NCBI GenBank assembly: GCA_964016885.1 | Contig: OZ024742.1 | Coordinates: 304,234,001 to 304,298,000, forward strand | Reading direction: 5' to 3' | DNA length: 64,000 nt | Source: Eledone cirrhosa | Taxonomy: Eukaryota | In this document: one piece after another, positions 28,430 through 43,254 of the stretch | Position numbering within the stretch: position 1 is the stretch's first letter | Layout: every line of letters begins with the position of its first letter | Made by a program: the position numbers and the translations under genes | Notes under the pieces: generated by a model | Seen by the model: only the letters and a program-made list of their open reading frames with translations | What the model was told of the DNA's origin: nothing | Databases searched by the model: none

Positions 28430-30260
28430 CACGCCAGGCGGAGCGGTATCTCAGCCTTACCTGGAATAACGGCTAGAGACACTCGAAGCAACAGCTACCT
28501 CACTGCATGGGGCTCACCCCTCAAGCCGATCAGTCTTTCCGATTTTACGGAGGAAATCAGCTGTGCGGATGCCAAAGTGCCAGGAGTCTCAACGGAGGCC
28601 GGTAAAAATAGTAAACAGTTGATAAAACCCCGGTATTTGACTATCTTCTTCTCTTCTAGTTTGCTGGCAGCAGAACCCTGTTGTGTGGTCGAAATAAAAA
28701 GACTGGAAGCAGAGAATGAGTCGCTGCAAGTCGTGTTCCAAATTAGGGATTTGCGACCTCTACAGAGAAGAGGGTTATCTATCGGTGTCACACACGCGGC
28801 CGCCCAGACGTTGAGAAAATCGAATGCTTGTGCACTCCTCATCAATAATTGTAACGGTTATAGGTGATAAGGAAGGCACCGAAATACGCCAAGCGCCACT
28901 GTTTCGAGTTGAGGCTACGTGTAGGCAGGTGAGAAAGTGTTGCTCGGAGGAAAACACGATGAGCGTGAAGGTGACCGTGTACCTGACATCATCTCAATTA
29001 GGTTGGGCATTGATACACTGAAGTTGAGAAGACATTCGTCAGTCCATTCAGTCAGAGCTGACTCTATTTCCCGCGCCACCCCAGGTTCTCTGTCATCTTG
29101 CGGAGGATCTCGTGGCTGCTGGAGAACAATCATTAGAGATGCTCTGGCAGAGTGGATTGGCGGAATCAGCCGCCAAATCTCATAAGGAATTTCGCCTGTT
29201 GCCAGTTGGTACTGTCAAACAAACTTTGCAGATGAGTTCGGTAGGGTGTCGGATGGAGCTATCAAGTTCGGCGAATCGAACTGCTAGATGATGTCAAGGT
29301 GCGCCATATAGCATGTAGAGGAATTCGGTGAGAGCAAAGCAATTCCGCAGGATAAGGAGCGGTGGATAAGAGTTGAGGTGTAATCCCTCCGTCATCCTTG
29401 TCAGGTTTGCATGCTAGATCTCGAAGCATTCGCGTATGGCATGCGGAAGGATTCGAGAGTCGGGAATGCAGACAGCGACTTTCAGAAGCAGCCGAGACCC
29501 AGTCAGGAGAAGATCGATACTGGGTACAGCGTCTTGGAATTAGACTTCGCCGTAGCGGACTTGGACAGTTTGATATTCAGTCCTAGAACCTTAGAGCAAA
29601 GATGACCCACTGGAGGTCCTAAAAAAACAGACGAAACAGAGCTTCCCAGATTCGTGTTGTCCAAGTACTAAACATTCAAATGCGAGCAAACTGAGTGGGC
29701 CATCTCATCTACGACCTGCTCTAAAAGAAGTGGGCCGAGTAGGTCCTCTTGCTAGACACCTGTGGTGAAGGTCCTCCGTTTTTTTAGCTGCTACACCTAG
29801 GCTGTTTGTCCCATACGAAAGGTATGTGAAATGATGCAACGAGTTAGCATGTCGTAGACATACGTCTCTAAAACGTGTTGTTGTTTAACGCTTTTGAAGG
29901 CATTGCTCATGGCCTCTTTCACTAGGATATGCTGTGAGAAAGGAGGTGTATGCTGTATGAAGTGTCAGGCCTGATTAGAAGTCACCACACATTCACACTT
30001 AACACCTACTCCGATTTGGACACGGCTGAATCCCTCGTTCAGGTCTCCAAAGATTAACCTCCAAGATACCTTGGCCGCAAGACGTTGCCTACTGCAGCTG
30101 GTCATATGCCACTATCATTCTTCTTCAACGCTGTCAAGACCGCTGAGAAGAGGATATCATGGTCATGATGGGCAAGTTTGTCATGAAGAAGCCTTTATCC
30201 TTTAACCCACTTTCGCCCCCAATTTTTGAGGGCAAAGAGAAAGACTTTTTTCTTGTGGCA
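28430..30260 (-). mobile_element. Degenerate CRE-like non-LTR retrotransposon (RT plus restriction-like endonuclease)
   Basis: Minus-strand relics GI*PAAVGNV, VQIGVGV, MSNAFKSVK, GV*QEDLLGPLL, LNV*YLDN, GRKSLIWNTTCSDSF, FLPASVETPG, RVSLAV fit CRE-clade RT and RLE motifs. Confidence 0.7.
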
Positions 30261-30289
30261 GACGGGTTGCTACTTTTTACCCTTGTTCC

Positions 30290-31995
30290 AATCCGTCAGA
30301 GAGTTGGAACTGGTTGATCAGGTACTTGAAGCTTTTGCCCACTACCGCTCCTATCAGCTACTCCCACATAATCCCAGCGTGCGTCTAAGATGCCATTTCA
30401 GTCCTCCGCTAACAGTAAAGGGTGAAACGTACCCAGAAAGGCTTCCAGACGCCCAAAGAAGTCCGGCCGACCGGCCCCGGTAGGGGCGTAGACGGCCACC
30501 AGTCTAAAGGCTCTACTTTCGATATTGTTCACGTCCAGGACCAACATTTAGCATCTGGGTCCCGGAAGATTGACCTTACCTCGAAATCCAGGCTTTTCCT
30601 AAACAGCACTGCCACCCCATCTCTCATTCCCAGTCGACTAATGGATTACGAAGATCTGATTGTCGTGAAACATGGAGGCTAGTGCGCGCGTATCGGTAAT
30701 CCTAATCTCACTGACGGCAATTACATCCATTTCTAGAGACCTGAGGTCGTTGAACAGGTGACCCTGCTAACAGGGCGCCTCCAGGCCTCAAACATTTAAA
30801 CTTCCTACTTTTAATATGGCCATGTTGGCAGGCTAATAGAGTGAAGAAAGATTTACTTACCTCTCGGGGTCTCGTGAAGACCTGAAGTTTCGACCTCCAT
30901 AGTTGGTAGGGTTTCTTTTGGAACCTCTTTAAAAGTCTGGATGGGCATTTTACGTTCGGTCTTCCCACGTCCTGAGGAAAGCTGTCTCGAATCCCTTTTT
31001 AGGAATCGAGCTACCAGGAACAAATCTTCTGGCACGCGAAATGTGTTCGATTCATAAATCTCCTCCTTCTTTTTGAATTTCTTAACTTCGTGCTACGAGG
31101 CCATCAATTCCTTGTTGGCCATTCTGACAAGCACGAAGTATTGTAAGTTTTGTTGGTGCAGTTTTATTGGTTTGCGTGACTGCGGTGGTGAGGTTTTGTT
31201 GGTGTTGTGCGTGCGGTGTCTGCGGTTTCTGTTGTTTTTGTGTGTATTTGTTCTTGTGTCGGTTTAGGTTGTTTGCGTTTGGGGGATTCTAGTGATGGTG
31301 ATGGTCATGGTGGTGTTGATATTGGTGTTTTTGGGGAGATCTTTGCGTGGGTCGTCCCTGCAGTTTTTATTGTGGGTGTTTTTGTGCTATGTGAAGTTTA
31401 TTTCTTTGTGTGTTTTCTTTTTTGTTCTTTTGGGGATTTTGGCTTTCCGTCATCTTCACTACTGGAAGATGCGGGTCTGTCGCTGTAAGTGTGTCCATGT
31501 GTGTGTGTGTTTATGTTTTTGTTCATGTGTGTATTTTGGGGGGAAGGGGAGTGGGAGAGTTTTCTTCGTTTCCCCCTTGGGTGGCCAATGTTGGTGGTGG
31601 CGTTGGTATTGTTGGTGTTGTTGGTGTTGTCGTTGTTGCAGTTGGTTTTATCTTTGGTGCCGCTGTTGTTGTTTTCGGTGCAGTTGTTGTGTTGCTGTTG
31701 CTGCTGCCGTTGTTCATGTTCTTGTTGTTGGTTTTAATTTTGTTGCTTTTGTTGTCATTGTTTCTGTTGTCTGTCTTTTCGTTCTCGCTGTTACTGCTGT
31801 TTTTTGGTGTTGTCATTTTTTCAAGGTTAGTGTGCTCACTGTTGCTGTTGTTACTGTCGTTGTTGATGTTGTTTCTGTTGGTGTTTGTGGTATCAATTTT
31901 TGTGTTCGCCGTATCCCTCCTCTCAATGTTTAAGCCGATGTCACACGACAGCGGACTTAACGTTGGGGGGCCTGGCTCAGTCATATTTTTTTTTT
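30290..31995 (-). mobile_element. Tx1/L1-like LINE fragment (ORF1 3' half plus APE endonuclease start)
   Basis: ORF2 start ATGGCCATATTAAAAGTAGGAAGTTTAAATG at 30823; colinear and homologous with 35500-36950; T/N-rich ORF1 segment 31523-32002. Confidence 0.85.
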
Positions 31996-32355
31996 TCGAC
32001 AATTAAAAAAACAATATATACAAGTTCAAATATTTGGGCCAAAAGGCCCATATTTTGTAGCGTCTCCCTTTCACAGGGCAAAGACAGAAGTCTTATGACC
32101 CTTTTCACAAGATGCAACACTTATTACAAATGAAAATAAAATGAAAATTTACCACTTTTGCAGGAACTCCTAAAATACGTCTACACTTTCTGACTGCCAA
32201 TAATATATTTTTTAAAAAATTATAATCAATGTGCTGTATTAACTGGCTTCCCAATGCACACTGTGAATTTATTTGCCCTAGGTGTCAGGAAGACACTCGG
32301 CATATATCTCAGAAACCATAATGAAATAAAATAAAAATAACAATAATAATAATAA

Positions 32356-35300
32356 TGATTTCATTTATTAGCCACAAGGGCCGACATGTAGGGGACAATA
32401 CAAAGACAGGGACAGTGGGGGTTTACAATAAGGTCGAGTAAATGTGCACAATGGCAAGACTAATTTAACAATGAAAATATAAAAATATAAAATAAACTAT
32501 ACATAAATATAACAAAATAAATTCCCCGATAGGGGGTGGACGACCCTGGGGTGATTCGGGTACCCCACCAATCCTGAACCACCCCTCTCCTCAAGTTAGC
32601 CAGCCTATAGGCGCATGGTCAGAGTAAGCCCATTCACACGAGCCATTCTCGCCACATTCACCCACCTTTTAGCAAATGTACTGGGGGGGGGGGGCAGCAC
32701 TTCTCTCTCCACCCTCACCCTCCTTTCCAGGTGAAACTTGAAGAAGTTGATGAGGGATTGGCCGAAGAGAAAAGTGTCTGTCTTTAGTCCTTTCAACCTG
32801 GTACACCATATAATCTCTTTCGCAACTGCCACCAGACAGAGGAAAATGTCCTGCTCTTCCTAAGGAAGGTGGCGGCTCGATCTTCCCTATGGACTCCGCC
32901 GATAACCGGATTCGTTCCACACGCGACAGTAGCTGTTCGACATAACTCCACACGTCAGTAATGCACGGACATTGGACAAGTGCGTGCAGAACGGTTTCGT
33001 CGTTCTGTGCGCATATTGGGCAGGTCCGTCTGACAGCACTTCCGTACCTGTAGAGTTTATCCCAAACTGGCAGTGCCCCCCGGTAGCACTGCCAAGCGAG
33101 GGATTTCTGGAAATTGTCCATCGTCCCCGGCTCAAAAGTCCTCCGGTACAGACTGGTCAGTTCGACTTCCTCGAGGCCCAAAGCTTCTCCGAGTGCATCA
33201 TCGCACTTGCCCACCACTAATCCTCTATAGAACTCGAGAGTGGAAGTTCCACTGATCGCATTGCCCGCTTGGTAGAGGGCAGTGAGTGCCTGGCAACATT
33301 CCAGGTGCCAGTCACTCAGTCTCGGTCTATTCTTGACCCAGGACTGCAGCTCAGTCAACGAAATGAGCTGCGGAAAGGCCCGTCTGATAAACGGCGACCA
33401 CACCTGTTCACCATTGAGGCAGAATATCTGGAGATGTCGCCGCCTCAACGCATGTCTGCGCATCATTAGCCACGGCATGCCCAGCCCTCCGCGTAGAGGG
33501 TGCTGGCAGCAGATGGACCGCCTCAACAATGGAACTTGTCCCCTCCACAAGAATTTGAAGAGGAGCCGTTCCAACTTGACGAGGCGCGGACGGGGACAAG
33601 GCAGGACGGTTAGGCGGTAGTAGATGACGGACGCGATGTACGCATTCGCCACCTCCGCGCGACCTTTCAGTGATAGCTTCCTCCCAGCCCATTTTTGGGT
33701 GAGACTGGCTACTCTGCTCGTTACCTCGTCCCAATTCTTTTCCACCTGGAGGTCTGGTCCGAACCAAACCCCGAGCAACTTTACCGGCCCGTCCGTCCAG
33801 CGCCCCACGACGCTGTTGGACGGCATGGGCCTGCCTCTCCAGGTTCCGAGCTGCAACTCCACCGACTTTTCCGGGTTAAGTTTGGCTCCTGTCAACCTTT
33901 CATATTCCTCCAGTAAGGTGCCGACCACCTCGATTTCTGAGGTGTTCGACACCATCACGGTGATGTCGTCCACATAAGCCGACACCGCCTTTCCACGTCC
34001 CGGTTCGAGCGGGATGCCCTGCAACAGCTCCAGCTTTCGCATAAAGGCTCGAGAGTCAATACGTACAGAAGGGAAGAGAGAGGGCACCCCTGACGGACCG
34101 TTCGGGAGAGCCGAAATGGTTCCGAGAGGTGGCCATTAACCTTGACCACCGAGCGTGTGCCGCTGTGCATTGCAACGATCCAGCTTCTAAAGACAGGGCC
34201 GAAGCCAGCTGCTTTGAGGACAAACTCCAGATACCGATGGTCGACCCTATCGAATGCTTTCGATTGATCTAAATTGCTCAGTGCCCCACCGAAGCCAGGT
34301 TTACACCCTACCCTCTCTATGAAGTATCGTATGAGGTGGAGATTGTCGTGTATGGACCTGGCTGGGATTGCGCAAGTTTGCGCCTCGCCAACCAAATCCT
34401 CGACGGCAAGCGCCAATCTCTTTGCTAACACCTTCGCCAAAATCTTAAACTCTGTGTTGAGCAGAGTTATGGGCCAGAAGTTGTCTAATGTATCCCTCTT
34501 GTTCTCGTCTTTCCTTATCAGTGTCACCACTCCCCTGCTCACAGAACTGGGAATACTCCCATTCTGCTGCCAGTTGCAGTAGAGTGCTTCGAGGAGTTCG
34601 GAGAACAAGTCTGGCATATTTACGTAAAGCTCGTAGGGCAGGCCACCCAAACCGGGTGACTTGCGCCTCATGGAGCCGACAAGGGCGTCCTGAATTTCGG
34701 CTGAAGTAATCGGCCTTTCGCAGCGCTCAGCGTCGACCGTCGAGATGCGCGGCAAGCCGTCAAGGTAGGGACTGAAATCCGCTACTCTCTCTGACTCGCC
34801 ACTCTCCCTGAACAACCGAGCAAATGCTGGCGAAAGGCCTCACACATCCGCTTGGAATCGCTTATCTCGTGTCCGTCTCGGTCCGCCAAAGACCGAATTG
34901 TGGTTTTATTACCACGCTGCGCCTCCGCCACGCGGGCCCATCGAACAGCTTTAGTTCCCTCGTTTCTCAGCGCACGCGCCTTGGCTCTGACAATACAACC
35001 TTCGTGTTTGGCGTTGAAGAAATGGTCTAATGCCATTCTCGCCGCTAGCACGTCTGTTGCGATGCCACTACAAATAGCCTCGTCTAACTTATCTACCAGC
35101 TCCCCCTCCTTTCTATTTTTCTCTAACGCTAGTTCTTTGCGGAACTCTATCGAAGTTACTCTAATCTCTCTTTTGAGAGCCCCCCACCATCTGTTGTTGA
35201 TGATCCGCCCTGTCAACTTTTGCTTAACTAAATTGTTGACTCGGTCCCTGTAAGCTTTACGTGCGGGAAATGACATGTTCAGCTTCCAGTAACCCGGTCC

Positions 35301-36962
35301 TAACCTACGCGTTTTATTTAGGTCGACCTTACAGATCACAAATTTGTTATCTGAATAGGCGACCGTTTTAAAAAGTGGACAGCCCACACTATTTCTATCT
35401 ATTTTCCTAATGAAGATCCTGTCTATATACGATCTAGATGACCCCATTCAGTTTGTCCATGTCCATACTGGCACATTGGGGAAATCTAGTCGTTACCTGT
35501 CAGATAGTTGGAAGTGGCTGAGTAGGTGCTTGATGCTTTTGCACCCCCGCTCCTATCGGCTACTCCCACACAATCCCAGCGTGCGTCTAAGATGCCATTC
35601 CAGTCTCCCGCTAACAGTAAAGGGCGATACGTACCCAGAAAGGTCTCCAGGCGCCTAAAGAAGTCAGGTCGTCCGGCCCCTGTAGGGGCGTAGACGGCCA
35701 GCAGTCTAAAGGCACCACCTTCGCTACTGCTCACATCCAAGACCACCAACTTACTGTCCGGGTCCCCGAAGATCGACCTTACCTCGAGATCCAGTCCTTT
35801 CCTAAACAGCACTGCCACCACACCCCCCATTCCCGGCCTGCTAACAGATGCGAAGTTCTAATAGTCGTAAAAAATGGGGGCTAGTGCGCGCGTGTCGGAA
35901 ATTCTGGTCTCGCTTACGGCAATCACATCCATTTCCAGCGACCGGAGGTCGTTGAGCAGGCGACCCTGCTTCCAGGGTGACCCCAGGCCGCGAACATTTA
36001 AACTTCCTACTCTTAATATGGCCATATTGGTAAGCTAAGAGAGAGAGAGGGAAGGTTTACTTACCTCCCGGGTCTTGTGAAGGTCGGGTGGTTCGACCTC
36101 CATGGTTGGTGGGGTTTCTTTTGGGAACCCCTTTAAAAGTCTTGATGTGGGTTTCACATTCGGGGTTCCCACGTCTTGAGGAAAGCTCTCTCGAATTTCT
36201 TTGAAGGAATTGTGTGACATTCGGACCAGAAGCAAATCTTCTGGCACGCAAAATGTGCTCATTTCAAAAATCTCCCCCTCTGTTTGAATGTCCTCGCTTC
36301 GCGCTAAGAGGGCCAGCAGTTTATCGTTGGCCCTTCTGACAAGCACGAAGCTTTTAACATTTTGTTGCTGTGGTTTTATTTGTTTTCGTGTTGGTGAAGG
36401 TGGTGGCGATGGTTTTGGTGGTATTGTTTCGGGTATGTCTATGTTTGTTGTAGGTGTGGTGTCTGCAATTTCAGGTATTTGTGTGTTTATTTGTACTTGT
36501 GTTTGTTTAGGTTGTTTGCGTTTCGGGGATTGTGGAGGTGGTGTCGATGTTGCTGTTGGTGATGATGTTATTGGGGAAGTGTTTGCGTTAGTGGTGTCTG
36601 TATTTATTGTTGTGTGTCTTTTTGTGTTTTGTTGGGGCTTTTTTTTTGTGAGTTTTCTCTGTTTTTTGCACTTTCGGGTTTTCCTTCATCTTCGCTGCTG
36701 GAAGACAAAGGGTCTGTGTCTGTGAGTGTCTCTGTGTCTGTGTGTGCGTTTATTTTTTTGTCTATGTGTATAATTGGGGGGGGGGGGGTAGGGGGAGTGG
36801 GAGAGCTTTCCTCGTTTTCTCCTTGGATTGGTTTTGGTGTTGGTGGTGATCCGGCTGCTTTTAATGTTGGTGTCCGTGTTTTTGTTGATGTTGTTTTTGG
36901 TGGTGGTGGTGGTGCGGCTTTCCGTGCTGACACTGGCGTTGGCAACAAAGGAGGTTTGCGAC
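32356..36962 (-). mobile_element. Tx1/L1-like LINE, 5'-truncated, frameshifted ORF2 (APE, RT, zf-RVT)
   Basis: ORF2 ATG at 36025; VYAPT, LAGDWN, SYIDRIF, SDNKFV, GYWKLN, KSPGLGGLPYE, PITLLNTEFKIL, LDQSKAFDRVDH, VRQGCPLS, AYVDD, CPIC...ETVLHALVQC; both ends in (AAT)n. Confidence 0.95.
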
Positions 36963-37583
36963 ATAATAATAATAATAATAATAATAGGGAAGAATACGCA
37001 GATGGTGGATAGAGTGTTATGGAATCGCTCCCGTAAGTTTTTGATTTTTTACATATTTAAAATAATTGTGATAGAATAATTCTTATTACAAATGGGACAT
37101 AAGACACCAGTCCTAACTCTCAGGAATTTACAACGCATAACACTATGGCATAGGGCTCCAATATTTAATTTTGTATCAGAAATCTTATAGTCAGAAAAGA
37201 AAATGGATACAAATGGTCACAAATGGAAGAAAACAACAGCCAAATAATTTCACCACCAACACTACCACCGCCGCCGCCACAACCACCACTACCACTACCA
37301 CAAAAAATTTAGCTAGAGACAAACCATTAGCAGCAACACCTTCACTACAGTACTACTACCCCATCACCACCGTCACTCATCGTTACCACCACTATTCCTC
37401 ACTACCTCCTGTTAAGAGAGGGAAGGTAGTAGTGCCACCACACATGACTAGAAGCGAGGAAGTCACCAAAAGATATAAATAGACTGATTTAGTATGGCCC
37501 GCTCAAACAGCTAACAACAACACCATAATAATTATTGTTGTATCTCTAAACTCTCTCAAAATGTTTAGTTTAAACGATGTCAA

Positions 37584-37965
37584 ATAATAATAATAATTGT
37601 TTCTACTTTTTGGCACAAGGCCAGCAAATACTCAGTGTATTACTGGTACTATATTTTATCGACCCTGTAAGGATGAAAGGCAAAGTTAAACTCGGCGGGA
37701 TTCGAACTCAGAATGGCAAGGGCCGTAACTCTATGCGTCAAAGCATAGCGTCCGACCCTCTTCCGATACTGCCAATCCACCGTCAAATAATAATAATAAT
37801 TGTTTCTACTTTAGGCACAAGGCCAGCAATTACTGTGCATTACTGATACTTTATTTTATCGACCCCGTAAGGATGAAGGGCAAAGTCAACCTCGGCGGTC
37901 AAATAATAATAATAATTAATAATAATAATTGTTTCTCCGTTAGGCACAAGGCCAGCAATTACCCA
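37584..37965 (-). mobile_element. Cluster of one near-full and two truncated tRNA-derived SINE copies
   Basis: AATAATAATTGTTTCT...GGCACAAGGCCAGCAA starts three times (about 37590, 37792, 37921); B box GAGTTCGAATCC on minus. Confidence 0.8.
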
Positions 37966-38239
37966 GAAGCAACAAGTCGAAAAATTACAGAACAGAACAC
38001 AGACAAAAACAAACGCAACAACAAAAGAAAAACAAATTTCAAAAGTTTTGAACGCTACTTCCCTCGTAGTTAAATTCAAAAACAGCAGCAGCAGCAACAA
38101 CAACACTGGTAACGGATGTTACTGGCCTTGAAAAACAAAATGGAAAAAAATAACAAAAAAACTAAGTCAGACATTACAATGAAACTTATGTTTATTTTTT
38201 AAATGTTTTTATCTATTTATTTGTCTATTTATATATGTT

Positions 38240-41200
38240 CGTCTACAGTGTGATGGTGCCACGCTAAAATCACCGGGGGTGAGGAAATTATCGGTGGTGA
38301 TGAAATCTCCGGTGGTTATGTAACCATACATTCACCAATCCTCGATATGAGTGTTTAAATGTCTAATCTAAACAGTTCGAATAACGGTGAAAAGGAGACT
38401 GGTATGTCAAGTGAAAGACTCTCACCCAGCAAGTGCTCCCTGGCCCAGCAGCAGGGACCTGGCTGTCATCCAAATACTGCTGGTGCTGGAGGAAGAAGAA
38501 GAAGGAAAGGGACAAAAACCAACTGGACGAAAGAATTGAATAGAACTGTCATGAAAAGTTACCTGAAGAGTAACCCCATGGAAAAAGGCTATAGGAAACG
38601 GATGCATAACATCTGGAACGAGATTGGTCTATTTAAATTAGATGAACAAAAATTGGCCGGGTAGGCTCGGGTAATAAGGACTAATGGATGGATAAGCGAG
38701 TTGGAACTGGAGGAACTGAGCAGAGAGATTAAGTTGGAAATGAAGAGTGGAGTATGTCAAGCAAACGAGCCAGTAGGAAATGAAGGTGAAGCGGTTGAGA
38801 GACCTGAGGAAGCATCCGAAGCAGACAATGATCTGAATGCTGAAATAAATAACATCTGGAACAGAGATACGGTCATTGAGGAAATGAATGCTGACGGGCT
38901 AGGACAAGATTTGGTTGATATCCTGAACTTAGTGGTAGATGAAATGAACAATCATAGTGGAAAACCTATGAATCTAAGATTTGTAGACAGGAAAAAGTTA
39001 AAAGAAACAACAGCTAAGGTAAACAAACAAAGTCATCCCATACCTTGAGGCGAGAAACCTTCAGCAATGCAACAATATCCTCAAAGCAACAGCAAATGTG
39101 GTGAGGAAATTACTTGGCATAAAAACGAAAGGAAACAACAAACAAGAAAGATCAGAACCTTGGTGGAAGAAACGACTGAATGGTCAAATCAAGGAAATGA
39201 GAAAAGACATTGCAAATCTTGAGTCCTTACTGAATTGGACATTACAAAACATAGACACTAAAGATAGATTGGAAATAAAGTACAAAACTAGGGGGAAAAA
39301 GCTAAATATTATCATAGAAGCAACGCATTGTAGCAAAACATGCAAAGATTAAGCGGTATGAGAACAGAGTCAGTCAGCATAGACAGAACCGCATGTTTGA
39401 CAACAACCTGAAGATGTTGTTTGGACAGCTTGAAGGGAAAGAAAGAGGCAACGACTTGATCCCTGAGGCGGAACAGACTAAGACATTCTGGAGAGGAATA
39501 TGGGAGCAGGATGTTGAACATGATAATCAGGCAGTGTGGCTTGAGAGAGTTCAAAAGGAGATTAGTGAACAAGCACACCAACAACCTGATTTGAGTATCA
39601 CAGTTGAAACTCTTAAAAGGCAGGCCAAAAAACTAACCAACTGGAAATCACCAGGCCCAGATGGTGTACAAGGGTATTGGATTAAAAATATAACATCCCT
39701 CCACCCGAAACTAACAACCATGTTCAATGACTGCTTGATGTCGGGTGAGGTACCAGAGTGGTTGACAAAAGGTACCACAGTTCTGGTAATGAAAGACCGA
39801 ATCAAGGGTAATGATGTTACCAACTATAGACCTATCACATGTCTGTCCGTAATGTGGAAACTGTTAACAAGCATTGTGTCTGAGGAAATCTACCATCACC
39901 TCCACATAAACAACTTGTGACCGGATGAACAGAAAGGATGCCGAAAGAAGTCTCGTGGTACAAAAGACCAGTTACTTATTGATAAGATGGTAATGAGGAA
40001 TTGCAAGAGGAGACACACTGGTCTTGCCATGGGATGGATAGATTACAAAAAGGCATTCGACATGGTACCTCATTCTTGGATAACCAAAAGCCTAGAGATC
40101 TTCAAGTTGGCAGATAACAGCAGACAGTTGTTGAGCAAAAGTATGAAGTCCTGGGAAACCGAGTTAACATCTGGTGAGGAATCGTTGGGAGGCGTGAAGA
40201 TCAAGAGAGTTATCTTCCAGGGAAATGGTTTGTCCTCTCTGCTGTTTGTCCTTGCCCTGATACCCCTGACTGTTATATTGCGAAAAGTGAGAGCAGGATA
40301 CAAGTTGGGAAAAGGAGAGCTTACCATCAACCCCTCCTCTTCATGGACGATTTTAAACTCTTTGGGAAGAGTGAGAAGGAGTTGGATGTACTTGTTGACC
40401 CTGTCCGTATTTTCAGCAATGATATATGTATGGAATTTGGTATTAATAAGTGTGGAGTCCTAGTGATGAAGAGGGGTAAATTGAGCAGAAGCAACGGAAT
40501 CCAGGTACCAACATGTGAGATGATAAAGGAAATTGACACTGAAGAGCGATACAAATATATAGGTGTTCTGGAGGCAGATGACATCAAGAACAAAAGAATA
40601 AAGGGATTGATAAGATCTGAGTACATAAGGAGAGTAAAGAGCGTATTAAAATCACATCTAAATAGTAGGAATGTCATAAGTGCAGTGAATTCCCGACCTG
40701 TGTCTATTATTAGGTACAGTGCGGGAATTCTGAAATGGAATGTTGCTGAACAAAAAGAAATAGATGGGAAGACTAGGAAGCTATTGACTATCTACAACAT
40801 GTTCAACAAGAGGAGTGATGTCGATAGACTCTACTTAAAGAGATATGAAGGTGGAAGAGGTCTTATCAGCATAGAGGACTCTGTTCAGATGGAGAAAAAC
40901 AACCTTCACAAATACGTGACTGACAGTAGGGAGCCAATGCTCAAAATTGTACTGAAGGAGGAAATAACATCAAGGAGGAAGAGCAACCTTCATGAAAAAT
41001 CCCTTCATAGTACCTTCTTTAAGAAACTGAATTTAGAGATCCACATACATGGAACTGGTTAAAAAGAGGAGACCTTAAAAATGCTACAGAAGGAATGCTA
41101 ATGGCTTCGCAAGAGCAGGCCCTCAGAATGTAGTGGATGAAACACCATATTTACAAGGCGGAGGCTAGCTCACTATGTGGAGAGAGAGGGGAGACTGTGG

Positions 41201-41813
41201 CTCACATTGAATCCGAATGTAAACACCTAGCCCAGACTCACTATAAAGGCTGGAGACGTGATGTGATCGGCAGAGTGATTCACTTGCATCTATGCAAAGT
41301 AAACAATTTACCACATTCTGAGAAGAGGTATGAGCATAAGCCAGATTCGGTGATAGTAAACGATCAGGTGAAGGTGCTATGGGATTTTAGGATACAGACG
41401 GACAAGAAATTAGAACACAATAGGCCCGACCTGGTGGTTTTGGACAAGGAAAAAAGATCGTGCTTGCTTGTAGATGTAGCCTCTCCATTTGACACAAGAG
41501 TGCAAGAAAAGGAGAGGGAGAAAATTAACCGATACCATGACTTAAAGTGGGAGGTAAAAAGGATTTGGAACTGCCATGAAATCAAGGTCGTCCCGATTCT
41601 CATAGGCGCACTAGGTACTATCTCAAAGAGTTTCCAAGCATGGTTAAAGAAGATTAGTCCAGCCCCGCTTTTTGGAACACTTCAAAAGGCATGCTTGCTG
41701 GGAACAGCAAGAACCTTCCGATACGTCCTGAATATCTGAGGGTGCAGGTAGCGGCTTTATATTCATTTCAACAAACTTTCTAGTTAAATAACATCAATGA
41801 CTGAGACTCAAGG

Positions 41814-41851
<38 letters not shown>
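38240..41851 (+). mobile_element. R4/Dong-like RLE non-LTR retrotransposon, near full length, decayed
   Basis: WTKELN...[62 protein letters not shown] remnant (CGE...HIESEC), PD-(D/E)xK RPDLVVLDKEKRSCLLVDVASPFD...KYHDL-like; 3' (AAC)n tail 41813-41851; 5' limit approximate. Confidence 0.92.
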
Positions 41852-41855
<4 letters not shown>

Positions 41856-42384
41856 TTGCAAGTTTCTAATATGATAGCGAATAAATTTTTACAAAATTAA
41901 AGAAAATACGAAGATATAGAAGAGTTTGTATAGAGCTTCATCAAAATATGTGAATAGTCTTTAATTGGTTTAACGACATTTGTTGTATTGAGACAGTGAG
42001 AAGTTAGAAGTGGGGCGCTGTATTTTATGGCTCACGTTGACGATAAACCTTTCTTATAAAGATTCCTCCTGCCACTGATCATATCACTGTTATAACTGAT
42101 GCTCTTGTTGCTGGTGGGCTGTTAGTGTTGTTGTTGCTACTGGTGTTGCTATTGTACTTACTTTTTCTGTTGTTACTGTTGCTGCTGTTGTTAATCTTCA
42201 TGCTGTAGTTACTGTTGCTTCTGCTGTTACTGTTGGTACTGTTGTCACTGTTGCTTCTGTTTTTCTCTGATGTTGCTGTTGTTACTGACACTGCTGGTGA
42301 ACAGTTAGTGCTGCAGTTCATTCTGTTCCAATCTTCAGTTTACTAATCTTTTCTTTTTTATCAAATCCCAACCAATGCTTTGTC

Positions 42385-42425
<41 letters not shown>

Positions 42426-42451
42426 TCATCATCAGCAGTAGCAGCAGCAGC

Positions 42452-42489
<38 letters not shown>

Positions 42490-43254
42490 CGGTGGTGGTA
42501 GTAGTAGTAGTAGCAGCAGCAGCATTAGTAGTCACATATGAAACTAGACAGTGCAGTTTTAGTTTATCTCGGCGTGATATATAATCACGTATGGTGCCTA
42601 ACTCAACAGGTGCTATGTATGCATGTATGTGTGTATGTATGCATGTATGTGTGTATGTATGATATATGCATAAACAGGAACACACACTGACACAAACACG
42701 CATACACACACACACTAACACACAAAATCACGTGTGCACACCTGCACTCACACACTCAAAACATAAACGCATATATCTACTATGGCATTACATTTTCCCG
42801 TCTAAATTATACATTTTTTTTTCTTTCTGTCGCAATTTCTACCTCTCACTCTCACCTCTCTATCACTCCCTGATTTCGTGTACATTGCCCACACAATGTG
42901 ATCAACTATGCTTAGTTTCTCTCCCTCTCTATGTCCCTCCCTCTATCTTCTCTATATATCCCTCTCTTCTCTCTAGCAAGATTTCAACCACATTGCCTAC
43001 ACAATGCGATCATCTACTTTTACTTTTTCTCCGTTACTCTCTTTCTATCTCCCACCCTTCTCTTTAAATCATGCTCTTATCTCTACCATGACATAATGCA
43101 GGTGGCCCACTCAACTTCTATCACTTACTTATGGATTTCGATTATACCAGATTGCAGTTGTGCTTGTAAAATTCAAACATTACGAATGTGCTGTCACAGA
43201 TGCCATGAATACTAAATGTGTGCTCAAAGATTACTATCCCAATAATAGGTGTTG

